From: Methanobacteriota archaeon
GTDB lineage: Archaea > Thermoplasmatota > Poseidoniia > Poseidoniales > Thalassarchaeaceae
NCBI GenBank assembly: GCA_002708695.1
Contig: PAOZ01000012.1
Span: 4,280-68,279, forward strand
Reading direction: 5' to 3'
Length of the DNA: 64,000 nucleotides
How positions within the stretch are numbered: position 1 is the stretch's first letter; each line of letters starts with the position of its first letter. The translations under genes and the position numbers were made by a program. The notes beneath the pieces are model-generated. The model was not told where the DNA came from, made no database searches, and worked only from the letters and a program-made list of their open reading frames with translations. Below are positions 50,141 to 62,500 of the stretch, piece by piece.

Positions 50141-50190
50141 ATTATATTTGTATTACAAATGTATTGCAAATGAAATACATTATATACTGA
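50141..50190 (+). promoter_or_regulatory. AT-rich promoter/operator region upstream of the RHH regulator gene
   Basis: Perfect palindrome ATTTGTA-T-TACAAAT (50146-50160), inverted repeat ATGTATT-N8-AATACAT (50159-50180), and TATA-like ATTATATTT and TTATATAC. GGAGGT lies 9 nt before the ATG at 50223. Confidence 0.35.
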
Positions 50191-50222
50191 GGCCTCCCCC
50201 ATCAGAGCGGAGGTCGCGAACA

Positions 50223-50597
50223 ATGTCTAACATCAGCCCGATGGTCCAATGCAGAATCCCTGAAGATCATCTCCTAGCACTAGATCAAATGGTAGGATTA
50301 GATGGAATGAGGAATAGATCGGATGTAATTAGACTCGCCGTCCGCCAATTAATTGAAGCAGCTCCCTCTAGAACAGTTGGAGGAACCATTTCCATAGATT
50401 TGGGCATGGATCTCACTGATAAAATCGAAATGTTTTGCAATATCCATGGTGATTCACCAGATCAAGTAACAAGAGCAGCGTTACGCACTCATATGAAAGC
50501 ACAAATGGTGGCTTCAGACGACCTTCAAACCGTTCTAGAAGAACGGCATCAACAGCTGGCACATCGGCTAAGACAAAGAGAGGATCACACACCCTAA
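50223..50597 (+). CDS. Ribbon-helix-helix (CopG/MetJ/Arc-type) DNA-binding protein
   Basis: 'VQCRIPEDHLLALDQMVGLDGMRNRSDVIRLAVRQLIE' shows the beta-strand/helix/helix RHH pattern. The start is set at MSNISP, which has a Shine-Dalgarno motif. Confidence 0.6.
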   Translation: MSNISPMVQCRIPEDHLLALDQMVGLDGMRNRSDVIRLAVRQLIEAAPSRTVGGTISIDLGMDLTDKIEMFCNIHGDSPDQVTRAALRTHMKAQMVASDDLQTVLEERHQQLAHRLRQREDHTP

Positions 50598-50945
50598 CGG
50601 AGGGCAGATGGACATGGTAGGGGATGGGAACTCAACCAATGCAGGGGGGCGTCAAAACCCCCCTGCAACCAATGTCTTTCTTCCACTAAAGTTGAGAAGT
50701 GCTCTTAGAAATACAATGATCTCCAAAAGTACTAAATCAAATCCAGTAAGAGAATTATTTCGACAAAACTTGGACTCTGTAAGAGACAGAGCAGTTGTCG
50801 CTTCTACTATTTTCACCACACACCCCCCCGCTATGGCGGGGACCCCTTTCAACCCTAGAAATTTTGACGCACTTAGAAAAAGAGCGCAACAAATCCAAAG
50901 AAATGCATAATCACCCACACACCCGCCCCGAATTTCGGGGCAACC
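50586..50945. other. Hairpin-rich locus with GC-rich stems and a repeated CACACACCC motif; coding status unresolved (candidate structured RNA or palindromic repeat cluster)
   Basis: CACACACCC occurs at 50586, 50817 and 50916. Hairpins: GCAGGGGGG-N8-CCCCCCTGC (50641-66), nested CGACAA...CTCTGT-aagag-ACAGAG...TTGTCG (50761-800), CCCCGC-tatg-GCGGGG (50826-41) and GCCCCG-aattt-CGGGGC (50925-41). Two mutually antisense ORFs (100 and 88 aa) have unconvincing sequences. Confidence 0.4.
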
Positions 50946-51010
50946 TAATTGCTTTGGCCGTTAGGCTACTCACCGAATCTTCTTGAGGGGCCGAGTTTGA
51001 GATAGAGGAT

Positions 51011-53020
51011 GTGACTGCCCCACAATTCGAGTTCTTGGCCCATGAAACTCTACGTGAGGGGCAAGTTAGAATGATTAGAGATGGGAACGAAGTTCTCGAA
51101 AATAATGGATTTCTTTTCGCAGCGGCTCCAACTGGAATAGGAAAGACAGCAGCATCTCTTTCATCAGCATTATTTGCTGCAAAGAATCACCCCGAAGGAG
51201 AAAAGAAGTTATTGTTCCTAACTGGAAGACAAAGTCAACACCGGATAGTTGTAGATTCAGTAAGAAAAATAAATGAACGATTAGAATCTAATGAATCAAT
51301 CAAATTAGTTGACATGATTGGAAGAGAATCAATGTGTATAGAAGTAAATCGGATTACTGGAAAATGTACTTGCGAGGCTGACGTTCCAGAAGACATGAGA
51401 ACATTAGGTAGAAATAATCTACGGCATTTCATTTTAGAAGGCCCCAGACATGTAGATGAAGTGATTGAATTAGGTAGAAAAAGAGGTATCTGTTCTTGGT
51501 CAACAGCACGTTCATCTGTAAAGGATTCGGATGTAATCGTTTGCGATTACAATCATGTTTTTGTAGAAAAAATTCGAGATGCCTCACTCCCGTCTATGGG
51601 CTTAGAAATTGAAGATACTATACTAATTGTAGATGAAGCACATAACTTACCTAAACGAATACGAATGGGATTAGAAAGACGACTAACGAATCAAGTAATT
51701 CGTGATGCATACAACGAAATGGAAGAACATAGAGGACATTTAGACAAACAAATTACACAAATGATTAATTCCAACTCCAATATTGATTTTCACAATGATG
51801 ATTTGAATAATGCAAAGAAATCCGAAGCAGCACTGTCTAGAATTAGAATTAGTGTAGGAAAATATTTCTCCGATCTAAAGAGAATGTTGGGAAAACAAGA
51901 AGAAATTATGACTCATCCTTCGGAGTTGTTAGGAATAATTGAGAATTCACTCTTAGAAACAATAGATGAACCAATTAGTCTTACTAACTTTATCAGAACA
52001 TTACTAGAAGTACAAGTAGATCATGATGAAGAATTAGATGACAATCAAGATTTAGCATCCTACCGATTAGCTGAAATTTTGGAAATCCTAGATGGAAATA
52101 GAGAGGAAAAAGCGTTAGCTACGGTTTTTGACCTCTTAGGGATCAAAGAAGAGGGGAGGATCACGACTTACTTACTAGACCCAGGAGTAATATCTCAATC
52201 CGTTTTTTCAAGATGCTCGGGAGCCATTTTGATGTCTGGAACACTTTTTCCCCCTTCTATGTATGGAGAAATTTTGAGAGTCCCTAATAATCGACCAGTC
52301 AGATATGAAGAGTACTCAAGTCCATTTGAAAACGATAGGAGGCCAGTATTACTTGCAACAGATGTAACAACCAAATATGCTAATAGAAGCGAAGAAAACA
52401 CTCGCAAAATCAGAGAACACATTCACAGTGTACTCCGACAAACTCCAGGGCATGTAGCAATTTTCTTACCCTCTTACGAATTATTAGAAGACATCATTAA
52501 CGACGGATCTTGGCCTGGAAGAAGAGTAATTGTAGAAGAAAGAAATTGGACTAAATTCCAAGTTGAAAACGCTCTGAATCAACTCAAACGTTCCAGAGAC
52601 GCTGGTCAACGATGTATGCTTGTAGGAGTATATAATGCAAGATTATCAGAAGGCGTTGACTATGATTCCAACATTTTAGATGCAGTAATATGTATCGGAA
52701 TTCCCATGGCTAGGCCAACTGCATCAAATCAAGCACTACGTGATTATGTCTCAGAACGATTTGGAGAAAAAAATGCTTGGAAATATTCTGCTGCTCAACC
52801 TGCAATAAATTCAATTCTTCAAGCAATGGGTAGGCCAATAAGAAAAGCAGAAGATAGAGCAATCGTAGTGATACTAGATAGACGAGTAGGAGATAGAGGG
52901 TATCGAAGTTGTTTGCCAAGTAATCTAAAGATGTTTGAAAGTGTTGACTCAGGGTCTACAGAACGGCTTGTTACACGATTTTTTACCCGACATCCAAAAC
53001 CTGCTAGACATAGTGAGTGA
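51011..53020 (+). CDS. XPD/Rad3-family (DinG-like) 5'-3' DNA helicase with FeS-cluster domain
   Basis: Walker A 'AAAPTGIGKT', four Cys in the FeS region (MCIEV..GKCTCE...VCDYNHVF), 'VDEAHNL', and C-terminal motifs 'LMSGTL' and 'QAMGRPIR'. GTG start after GAGG. Confidence 0.85.
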   Translation: MTAPQFEFLAHETLREGQVRMIRDGNEVLENNGFLFAAAPTGIGKTAASLSSALFAAKNHPEGEKKLLFLTGRQSQHRIVVDSVRKINERLESNESIKLVDMIGRESMCIEVNRITGKCTCEADVPEDMRTLGRNNLRHFILEGPRHVDEVIELGRKRGICSWSTARSSVKDSDVIVCDYNHVFVEKIRDASLPSMGLEIEDTILIVDEAHNLPKRIRMGLERRLTNQVIRDAYNEMEEHRGHLDKQITQMINSNSNIDFHNDDLNNAKKSEAALSRIRISVGKYFSDLKRMLGKQEEIMTHPSELLGIIENSLLETIDEPISLTNFIRTLLEVQVDHDEELDDNQDLASYRLAEILEILDGNREEKALATVFDLLGIKEEGRITTYLLDPGVISQSVFSRCSGAILMSGTLFPPSMYGEILRVPNNRPVRYEEYSSPFENDRRPVLLATDVTTKYANRSEENTRKIREHIHSVLRQTPGHVAIFLPSYELLEDIINDGSWPGRRVIVEERNWTKFQVENALNQLKRSRDAGQRCMLVGVYNARLSEGVDYDSNILDAVICIGIPMARPTASNQALRDYVSERFGEKNAWKYSAAQPAINSILQAMGRPIRKAEDRAIVVILDRRVGDRGYRSCLPSNLKMFESVDSGSTERLVTRFFTRHPKPARHSE

Positions 53021-53029
53021 CTACGAGGG

Positions 53030-53512
53030 TTGATGACTATGCAGTACTTGGGCAGACCAATGTCGGACATACAATGGCACTCCATTCACGTAGAGGGGAA
53101 AGATGAAAATGAAGTAATAGAGCATAGTCTAGACTCTACTGCTGCAGAACTCCATTCACATTTTATTTCTACAACAAGTTCAGATTCTCCGGCAATAAAT
53201 CAACACGAACAATTCTTGCAATCAACAAGCGAAGTTGTCGTACGTTCTCGAGAAGCAGATGCACAAATTTTTGCCCAGAATCTAATGGGTGCTTCATTAG
53301 ATGCAATCCCCATGAATGAGGGAGTATCCATTGCAACTCAAGGAATTCCATCTCAATTTTTTGACATAAAAGTAGGAATTCATTCTGGAATCTCATACTT
53401 AAGAATCGATAGAGAAGGCTTGGACCCTGTAGTAACTGCACTCCCAATTGGAAGAGAAATTCTCACTGCAAAACATGTCAACGGAAGGTTAGAAATTCGT
53501 TTTTCAGAATAA
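53030..53512 (+). CDS. Hypothetical protein (160 aa)
   Basis: ORF 10 nt downstream of the helicase gene. No motif recognised. Confidence 0.4.
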   Translation: MMTMQYLGRPMSDIQWHSIHVEGKDENEVIEHSLDSTAAELHSHFISTTSSDSPAINQHEQFLQSTSEVVVRSREADAQIFAQNLMGASLDAIPMNEGVSIATQGIPSQFFDIKVGIHSGISYLRIDREGLDPVVTALPIGREILTAKHVNGRLEIRFSE

Positions 53513-56500
53513 TTACCGTGTAGGTATTTCGGCCATATTCTGAATTTCTGAAACAACATTTGACAGTGCTTGTTGGGCAGCTACTTTGTGAGAATCACCC
53601 ATTTCATGAGACGAATAACGTGCCTCTTCAAAGACTTGATCAAGAGCCGCCAAAGCAGATTCACGAATAGGCAAAGCCTGTCTAATGGCCATCTCAAATT
53701 CGCGAACGGTTTCGAAATCACGTCTTAAGAATCCATTCTGCATCAATACCAAACATAGATCTTCATAACAATTGAAAATTGCTTCTCTAATTTCATCGCC
53801 AGCGGCCAAAAGTTCTGCAGTATATGTGAAAATATCTTGAATCTCTTCAATAGTACTTCTCCTTCTTCTCATTTGAATAACTGCGCCCGCAGCTGCAAGT
53901 AAAATTATTACAATAATTGCAATAGAACTTGGACTTACCACCGAATTAGACTCTACTGGTTGAACATATGTCAACTCTACAACGAGGTTTAACAAATCGC
54001 CACGATCATCAGGAGCAATCAATGAAGAAGTTGTATTTAGACGGATTTCGAAATACCCCCAATGAGCCGTATCTGAGAATGTAGGAAGAGGTTCTTGACT
54101 AACAAAGGTGTACTCAAATTCACCCGATTCATCAGTTAATTTACCGAATTGAGTAATTTCTGATGTCTGATTAAACAATAAAGCAGCCATAGACACATTC
54201 GCTAATCGGGCACCATTATCCTTTGCAAATACGGTGACAATTCCACTGAATTCTCTAGAATTAAGTCCAATTTCAACGTCATTAGGAACAAAGGAAGCAG
54301 GCACCATCAAGAAGGCATCAATACCAACTTTCTCTGCCTCGTTAAAGAATCTTGAATCATCTTTAGCCATCTTTAGAGAAAATTCAAGGTCGCCTTGCAT
54401 CGGCTCACTGCCAACCAATGAAATTGTGAATTGACCAGTAGCATTGTCCCAAGAAACAACTGCATCCGATTCAACCGCGCCAGCCCAAATCAACGAAAGA
54501 TCTGACCCTGTAACTGTGTTTCCTGTTCCACCTATTTCCACAATTCTACCGGTAATAACAATTGGATGAGACGAATTAGAACGAATATTATAATCTGAAA
54601 CACCAAGTATCTCAATGATGACATCTGACCAAGTATATGCTGTAACATTATCTTCTGCTCCAATAAATTGTTCATTTCCATCATAGGAAACTCGGATTGT
54701 ATGGAGTCCGCGTTCATAAGAAACTAATACTGGAATCTGAGTAGAAAATGCACCACTAGAATCAGTGGTTACAGTAGTAAGAATGACTCCATCTATCTCT
54801 ATTGTAATAATTGCACCTTCAATAGGAATGCGAGGACTCGTATCCCCATCAACTAAAATTCCTGAAAGGTTCCAAGTCTCTCCTCTTGTTGCTACACCGC
54901 CTTCATCAACAACAAGGTTTGTTATCTCTGCATTGTGTTTAATGACGATACTGGTGTTAGATTGTCCGCCTAAATAGAATCCTTGAGGCTCAGAATATGC
55001 CACAATTTCGTGTACTCCAATAGAGAACGCTGGCCCAACAATCCAATCTAATGTCCAAGACCCATCAACATCGGTTGTCGCTGAACCGATAATACTAGTA
55101 TCTACACGAACGGTAACAATATGGCCGGCGACCCAATTATCAGGAATGTTATCTCTAACTGTTCCGGAAATAGTCACAGTATCACCAACCGCCGCAGTAT
55201 CAATCGCATCAACTGTAACCACTATTGGAGCATATACGTCAAAAGTTGTCGTAGCATTAGATGGGAGATACAACGGAGCTCCAGCAAATCGAACCTCAAC
55301 ATTTTGAGTGCCTAAAGGCATGTCACTAGGGACAGGGTACAATATCGAAACAACTCCTTCAGAATCAGAAGTTACGTTGGTTAAGAATTGACCATTCATC
55401 CATACGCTAAGTGTCATATCAGATATAGGCCGCTCTACAATATCAACAAGAACGCCTGTTAAATCAAGTAGTTCTTCACGAGTAACATCTGCTCCCCCTC
55501 CAAACAAACGAATTTCAGTTGGAACTGAAACTTCGAATCCTAATGTATTGTTTGATTGAAGATAATACTCAGGATTGAGAGAATCACCCTGCCCCATAGG
55601 ATCTACCCACAGGAAACCTCCAAGGAAGAATGCTGTTGCATTGTGAGGACCAGGAGTAGTTTCCAAAGGCAAGGTGTAAGATATTGACCATTGTCCAGTA
55701 ATTGGATCTGACTGAACAATGGTGCCCGCACCAGTATCTACTCCATCAATTGCGAGGTGGATAAGGCCACCCACTACATCACCGGTTTCGTTCAATAAAG
55801 AATTACCATTCTCATCGAGTAATGTACCATTTACAATGATTGTTTGTCCGGCAATCAAATCACCTTCAACCGAATCAACGGACAAAACAGTAGGTGCAAG
55901 GATAACGACTCGAGTAAATGTTGAATCGCCAAGAACACCTGTAGAACCAGGTATTCCATCATGTGTAGCATTTATCGTTAATGGACCTACATCCCAAATA
56001 CCTGGAACACTAAAGTTACCTATTGCAATACCATTTTGATCAGTGAATATTTCAAATGATGTTAATCCATCAATTGAGATATTTATTGATGCATTTTCAA
56101 CGGGAGCACCTGCATTATCAAGAAGTGATAAGGCAACAGTGATATTGTCACCTCTAACTGTTCTTCGATCAGGGTCTAAATCAAGAGGATCGCTGAAGTC
56201 TAGAACAGTATAACCTCGACTATCGAATACCGTTCCATTAGTTGAACCTAGGAAATAATTCACTCCAGGAGTATATGTCACATTTATTGCATGTTGGCCT
56301 CTAGGGAAATCTTGATCTAAACTAATGCTAGCTGTCCAATTGCCATCATATACAGTTCCATTAACAAATGTAAAGGAATCAGTAAATCCATCAATTGTAA
56401 ATCCTAATACTGGAAGAAGATAATTTCCATTACGATCTACAATTCCTGAACCATTCTCTGACGTAAGTGTACCTGAAACATTGAATGTATCTCCTGCAAC

Positions 56501-59500
56501 AGGATTATCCAATATAGGGTCCACAACCAAAATTGTAATTGTTCTAACTGTAACAGTACTGAAAGTACGATTAGTTCCTAACAATGTGAAATTTCCAGTA
56601 TAATCTAATTGAATATCAATCATCCCCAGTGGATGAGTGCTAGGGATAGTGAAATTGAATCGTACTACACCAGTTTCGTTTGTGATTTCATCCGAAAGAA
56701 CAGTTTCATGGAAGGTTCCTGAGATTGTCTGATTAGATAGAAGTCTATCTTGGTCTGACTCTTCAACTAAAGTGGCCCCAAAGTCAATATTATCTCCACG
56801 ATTAACAATGACAGGGATTAATGGAGAAATCTGAGTAAATCCTGTAACACCCTTAACCAATACTTGTTGAGAAATATTACTTGGAAGATAGAATGGATTC
56901 GTATCTTCTAGGACTTGAATCAATAACGTCTTGTTTCCACTTGTAATGCCATCAAGAAGGGGATCTGTAGGAACTGTAATGTTGAAACTACCATTGACGG
57001 CAGTAGTATACGACGAAATTAAAATCTCTGAAGGATCTCCTTCAAAGAATACAGATACATCTATCGGACCACTGAAATTTCTATTTGGGTCATTAAAGTC
57101 TTCAACAGAACCAGCAACAATAAACGTGGAACCAGCAGTAATGAAAGAAGATGGAACAACTGAATCAATAACAACCGAAGTAGGAACTAATACAGTGATA
57201 TTTAGATCAGTAAAATTACCTATCCATCTAGCTGAACCTGTTGACAACGGATCAGTAATATCATCTGGCATTAGAATCCTTACATCATAATATCCAGGGG
57301 CAGTACCTACTGGAATCGTTGGAGTGAAACGAGCAACTCCATCTTGATTGCCACTAGTTGCAGAAGAAAGAGTCTGATTGTTCGGTCCATCCCAATCCCA
57401 AATCATCTGAACTGCAGCGCCAGTAATATTAGATCCATCAGCAATATCAATTACAGATACATTCACTTCTAATATGTCTCCAGCAACTACGGAAGATGGA
57501 GGATCAATAGCAGTCAAAACAGATTCAGATTCTACGCCAATGAGAATACTTGCGCCTTCTTCAACCGAATAATATGCTCCACCTATAGGTGCGTTAGTAT
57601 TGAAATCAGCAGAGACAATTAGATCATAAACTCCAGCCCCTACAAAAGTAGGCATTACAAAGCTAACATTGTATTGGCCAGTGGTCGTATTTACCCATCC
57701 AGACCCTAAATCAACAATTTCAGGAGCAGGGGGTTCACCCATTGGTCCTGAAGGGCCAGTACCTGGTAACTCCATAGTCAAAATAATGGATGAATTGTTA
57801 TTCAAAATCAATGGAGAACCAGTCAAGTTAGAATCTCGTAATTCACCTATAACATAATTTGAATCTCCGATATGAGTCCAACTTTGTCCTAATATTGCTG
57901 AAACAGTTCCTAAACCACTAATTCTAATTGTGGTATTATTTGAAGAAGCATCATACCAAGTTGAACCCGAATAATTAACCCATAAAGGATAATCTCCTGC
58001 AGGGACAATAGGAGAAGTATACTCAAAGGTAAAACTACCATCTTCAGGATCAATAGTAGTATTTACCAAAACACCGTTTATTTCGGTCTGATAAGTACCA
58101 TTGAATGGTTGCTCAGTACCGCCAGTATGGTCATACATACCGATGTTGATTAATTCCATTTGATCTCTTTGAATAGGGTCGAATAAGAAATCAAACGTTA
58201 CGAAACTCTTGAGACCGAAACCTGGGGGCATGAATACTTGATCATCAGCTTCCAATGTTGAAGAATCAAATGTGAATCTAACATCAATAAAACCAGGAGG
58301 CAAAGGCAACATAGATGGATCCATAAACCATGAGATTGAGAAATTACCAGGGTTTCCACTCCATGTTGTGGAATTCAAAACCCAAGATGTAATATCAGTA
58401 TAAGGTGCACCTGAACCATTTACACGCATCTGTAGATAGAGAGTCCCTTCCATTGGCACAGGGTTAAGACCGCGACTAAGTACAGTCCCATTCATGAAAA
58501 TTAAATCATTAATTTCCAGAAGCGAATTATTAGACGATGGCCCTTCAAGAATTATATCCAGATTAGGAGCAGGAGTGATATTCATTGTTAAATTCTGAGA
58601 TAAAGGACGTAGATGATATAGTGGCGACGAACCATTCTGCAAATCTTCCTCATGCCAACCAGGGAATTCAATTGTTGCATTGTTAAGTCCTTGGGATTCG
58701 TTCTCATCTAAGAAGACAACAATTTCAAAGAAACCAGTAGGTCCGATGGAAGTAGTATAACTCTGCGCACCAAATAAAGAAGAAGTAAAATTAAACCAAA
58801 CAAAACTAAAGCCATCAGGATTAGAATCCCCATCTAAATCCCAATCATCTAACAAAGTAACATCTGTTTGAGGGATATTTTCAATCTGCAATCTACCAGA
58901 CAAAGTAGTATTCGAACCTGCTCCGAATACTGGCTCATTTACTGGAAGAGGATCTTCAATAGTTATATTCACATCATCTGTTACATTGACGATATAATTG
59001 TCAAATAGGCCATTAGAACCAACATATCCACTAGGAACTGTTTCAACTACTAATGCCCCAAATCCTGGAGGAATATATTCTGAAGGATTTCCCTTCAAAG
59101 AAAAGGTCCCATTTGCTGCTGTAATGGCAGAACCGATTAGGCGTGATGGTTGTGCTGCAGAGCCAGGAACTGAACCTGCCGCCGCAAGTGGGACTAAATA
59201 CAAATCAAGAACTATTCCCTCAACTGCTGTTTGATTGGATGAATATACTAGGGTACCATTGAGATATGTCTGTCCAGAATTACCATCTCTATCAATGAAA
59301 AATGGACCCCATTCTGCATTCAATATTTCAACATCTTCATCGGGGGGGCATGCATTGAAAGGAACCCATCCCATCTCTGCATTGCCTAAAGCAGAATTTG
59401 TTTGCATATGGACTTCTACCCACGTACCATAATTCAGACCAAGGACCTCATAACCTGTACCATGCCAATTACCGTCAACATATCCTGAAACCTTACGCGC

Positions 59501-62500
59501 GGGCAAACCTGCAAGTCTAGCCATAGTGGTTAGAACTGTAGTCCAATCATCACAAGTTCCTTCTTTAGAATCAATAAGAATAAATTGAACGAAATCAGGC
59601 CCACCTCCTTGTGGATATCCGCTACCATCATAATTTAATCGAGGAGTAAATGTTGCATTTCCATTCTCAATAAAATCTGCTAATGCTTCCATCTTTTCCC
59701 ATGCAGACAAGGCACCCGAAGATGAAATCACAGATTGAGTAATATTGTTTACCTCAGATTCAGGTAACGAATTATCTGTGAAATATGAAGGTAAATCAAG
59801 GGCATAACTGCTACCAGAATAGGCAGTACTATTGGATCTTACAGAGTCTGAAAACCAAATTTCTGGGGCATCAGCTATCAAGAAATCTAAGTTTATGTCA
59901 GTTAGAGGAACGTCATGAGTATAATTTGTATGATTCAAACCAGCCGTTGGATCTGCCCATCCATTATACTGAGTTGTACTCCAATGATGTGGAACGTTAG
60001 AACCAGGTTGCAACATAAATGGGAAAGTATATTCCCAACTAGTGGTATTGTTATGGAAATTCGTAGATGCAATCCAATTATTATCTGCGAATCCAGGTGA
60101 CATTGAATTTAGAACTACTAGAGAAGAATTGACCCCATAATCTACACCAGTATAACTATCATAAGTATAAGTCCTCCAATAATGTACTAGAGCAGGGTCA
60201 ACATTTAGAGAGGTATTGTTTGCCCAGAAAATAACCTGATTTTCAATAATATCATCAGTTGGATCAAATGGATCTTGGCCCGAACCAGCACAATTAGTTG
60301 GCCAAAAGGCAGGAGGACATTCTTGATAATCTGTCATTCCACCTCCATCTGTATCGGGGTCTAACCAATTTGTGCCAGTATTATTTTCAATCGCATCAGG
60401 AATCCCATCTCCATCAGTATCTGCTGGATTTAAGTCATCAGAAGGATTATTCTGAGGATTGGTACCATCAAGGTATTCTTGCCCATCCCAGACACCTCCA
60501 ACATCGGTATCAACAGCTTCATAATCAGTGATGAAAGTATCAGAAGAACCATTTCCGCCCATACCTGGAACATAGAATAATGGACAACCAGTATTATTCT
60601 CAAAGTAATCATTCAATGAGTCCCCGTCAGTGTCTCGATTATTATCACAAGGCTCTAATGGATCTGTTCCATTCAATATCTCATCTAAGTCATTCACTGT
60701 ATCATTATCTGAATCAACATCAAAAGGATCAGATTGAAAACCCCAAAAACCAAAATTTTCTTCCCAATCAGAAATTCCATCTTCATCATGATCATAATAA
60801 TCATCATCACACCAAGGATCATTACTACTTGGTTGTATATTTGCATCCCAACACCAAGAACCATTCTTGTGTATCACGGTAGAAGTTGTAGCTGGAGGAC
60901 TTACGCTTACCCCAATTAACCTATGCGGGGAGGATAAAACATCTGCTTGTTGGAAAGTAAATGGCACCAGAGAACCATTGGATAAATTGTAATATCCAAT
61001 TCTACCGGGAGAAGTTGGGCGCCAATCGAAGAAATCAGGGCCAAAACCAGACGCGTTTGCAATGAAGAGAACTTGATTGCTTGCATCATATGAAGAAAAT
61101 GTTGTAACGAAATCTACTGTAGAAAGACAGGGGTCAGTATTGAAACCAGTAGTTCGTTCTAATCCATCAATCACTCCTCCAAAATCTGTATCGGCAACAT
61201 TCCAACCTGTACAAGTTAGATTTTCTTCCCAATTTTCAATGCCATCATTGTCGAAATCACCTGAATCTTCGGCACGTGTCGGGTCAGTCTCATTACCTCC
61301 ATCAATAATTCCATTACCATTGATATCCTCTTCGCCATCATCAAATGGGTCATCGTCAGTATTGTTATCTCTAGGATCAGAAGCTTGAGCTGGTGACCCG
61401 TACTGTCCATTTACTTCATTACCATCCGAAATTCCATCTCCATCTGTATCTGAATCTGTAGGATCTGTGAGTAAGGTCAATGCTTCGTAACTATCATTCA
61501 AGCCATCTCCATCTGTATCTGAACGTTGAGGGTTTGTCGATGTAACACCATCAACTTCTGCTGTTAATGTTGCACATCCATTAGGGCCAATTCCTAATAC
61601 AGGATTACAGGGGGATTCCGTCTCGGTTCTCTGCTGATTAGGTGCACCAGGCATGAAATAAGGCGTACCAGAATTCTGAGTTGTCCAAGATGGATTTACG
61701 TATTCTTTCAGATTTACTAATCCATCTCCATCTGGGTCTCCTCCAGGGCCATCGGAACCTGTTCGTACGGTTGGATCTAAACCATTGGAGACTTCCCAAC
61801 CATCATTCATTCCATCATTATCAGTATCATAACCATCAGGATCTTCATCAATATCTCCATCACCATCATCGTCATCAGAGGAGCAATCTGCATCCCCATC
61901 ATTATCAGGATCAGCAGAATCTACTAGTCCATCGCGATCGTTATCCATTCCATCGGTACAAATATTCCCCATTGGATCTTCATCTGCACCATCTGAACCG
62001 GTTCCTTGATTTGCCTGCATTGCAGATTCTTCATCCCAATTTCGAGTAGGGACTGTACCATTCCACCAAACTCCATTATCAAGAACATTAGGAGTATTTG
62101 GGTTATCCCAATTAGAAGGCATTCCATATTGATACTCGTCCTTGTTGGACAAACTATCTCCATCAGGATCACCAAGTGAACCATTGACAGTAAGACTGGA
62201 AGCATCTAAGGGATTCAAACCATGAAACCATTCCCAACCATCAGGAAGTTCGTCATTGTCACTATCCCAATCTTGTGGCTGTGTATTCAATAAGAATTCC
62301 AAACCATATGTTAGGCCATCACCATCAGCATCCGAGGACGCATATGCTTCCCATGCTGCGAATTCAAGTGCAGCCAAACTAGCGAAAACCATCAGCATTG
62401 TTAACAGAACTGCCCTACACCTGTTTCGTACTCCAGTGTGGCGAAAGTGGGGGAAAGGCTCCGTCAACATACGTTCAACCATGCCGTAGGGCATCTTGTA

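Noticed and set aside
50608-50918. Track ORFs 50608-50910 (+, 100 aa) and 50652-50918 (-, 88 aa) considered as protein genes, including an RHH-antitoxin/toxin pair.
   Set aside because: They are mutually antisense. Neither resembles any toxin or other family I recognise. The + product is low-complexity, and the - ORF needs a GTG start with no spacing from an SD-like run. The locus is treated as unresolved (see the findings) rather than annotated as CDS.
50586-51010. The hairpin-rich locus considered as RNase P RNA (the Pop5 gene is in the window), SRP RNA, or a box C/D or H/ACA sRNA.
   Set aside because: I could not find GGAAAGUCC-type CR-I, the ACAGNRA/CR-V blocks, SRP helix-8 motifs, RUGAUGA/CUGA boxes, or an ACA placed directly after a pocket-bearing hairpin on either strand.
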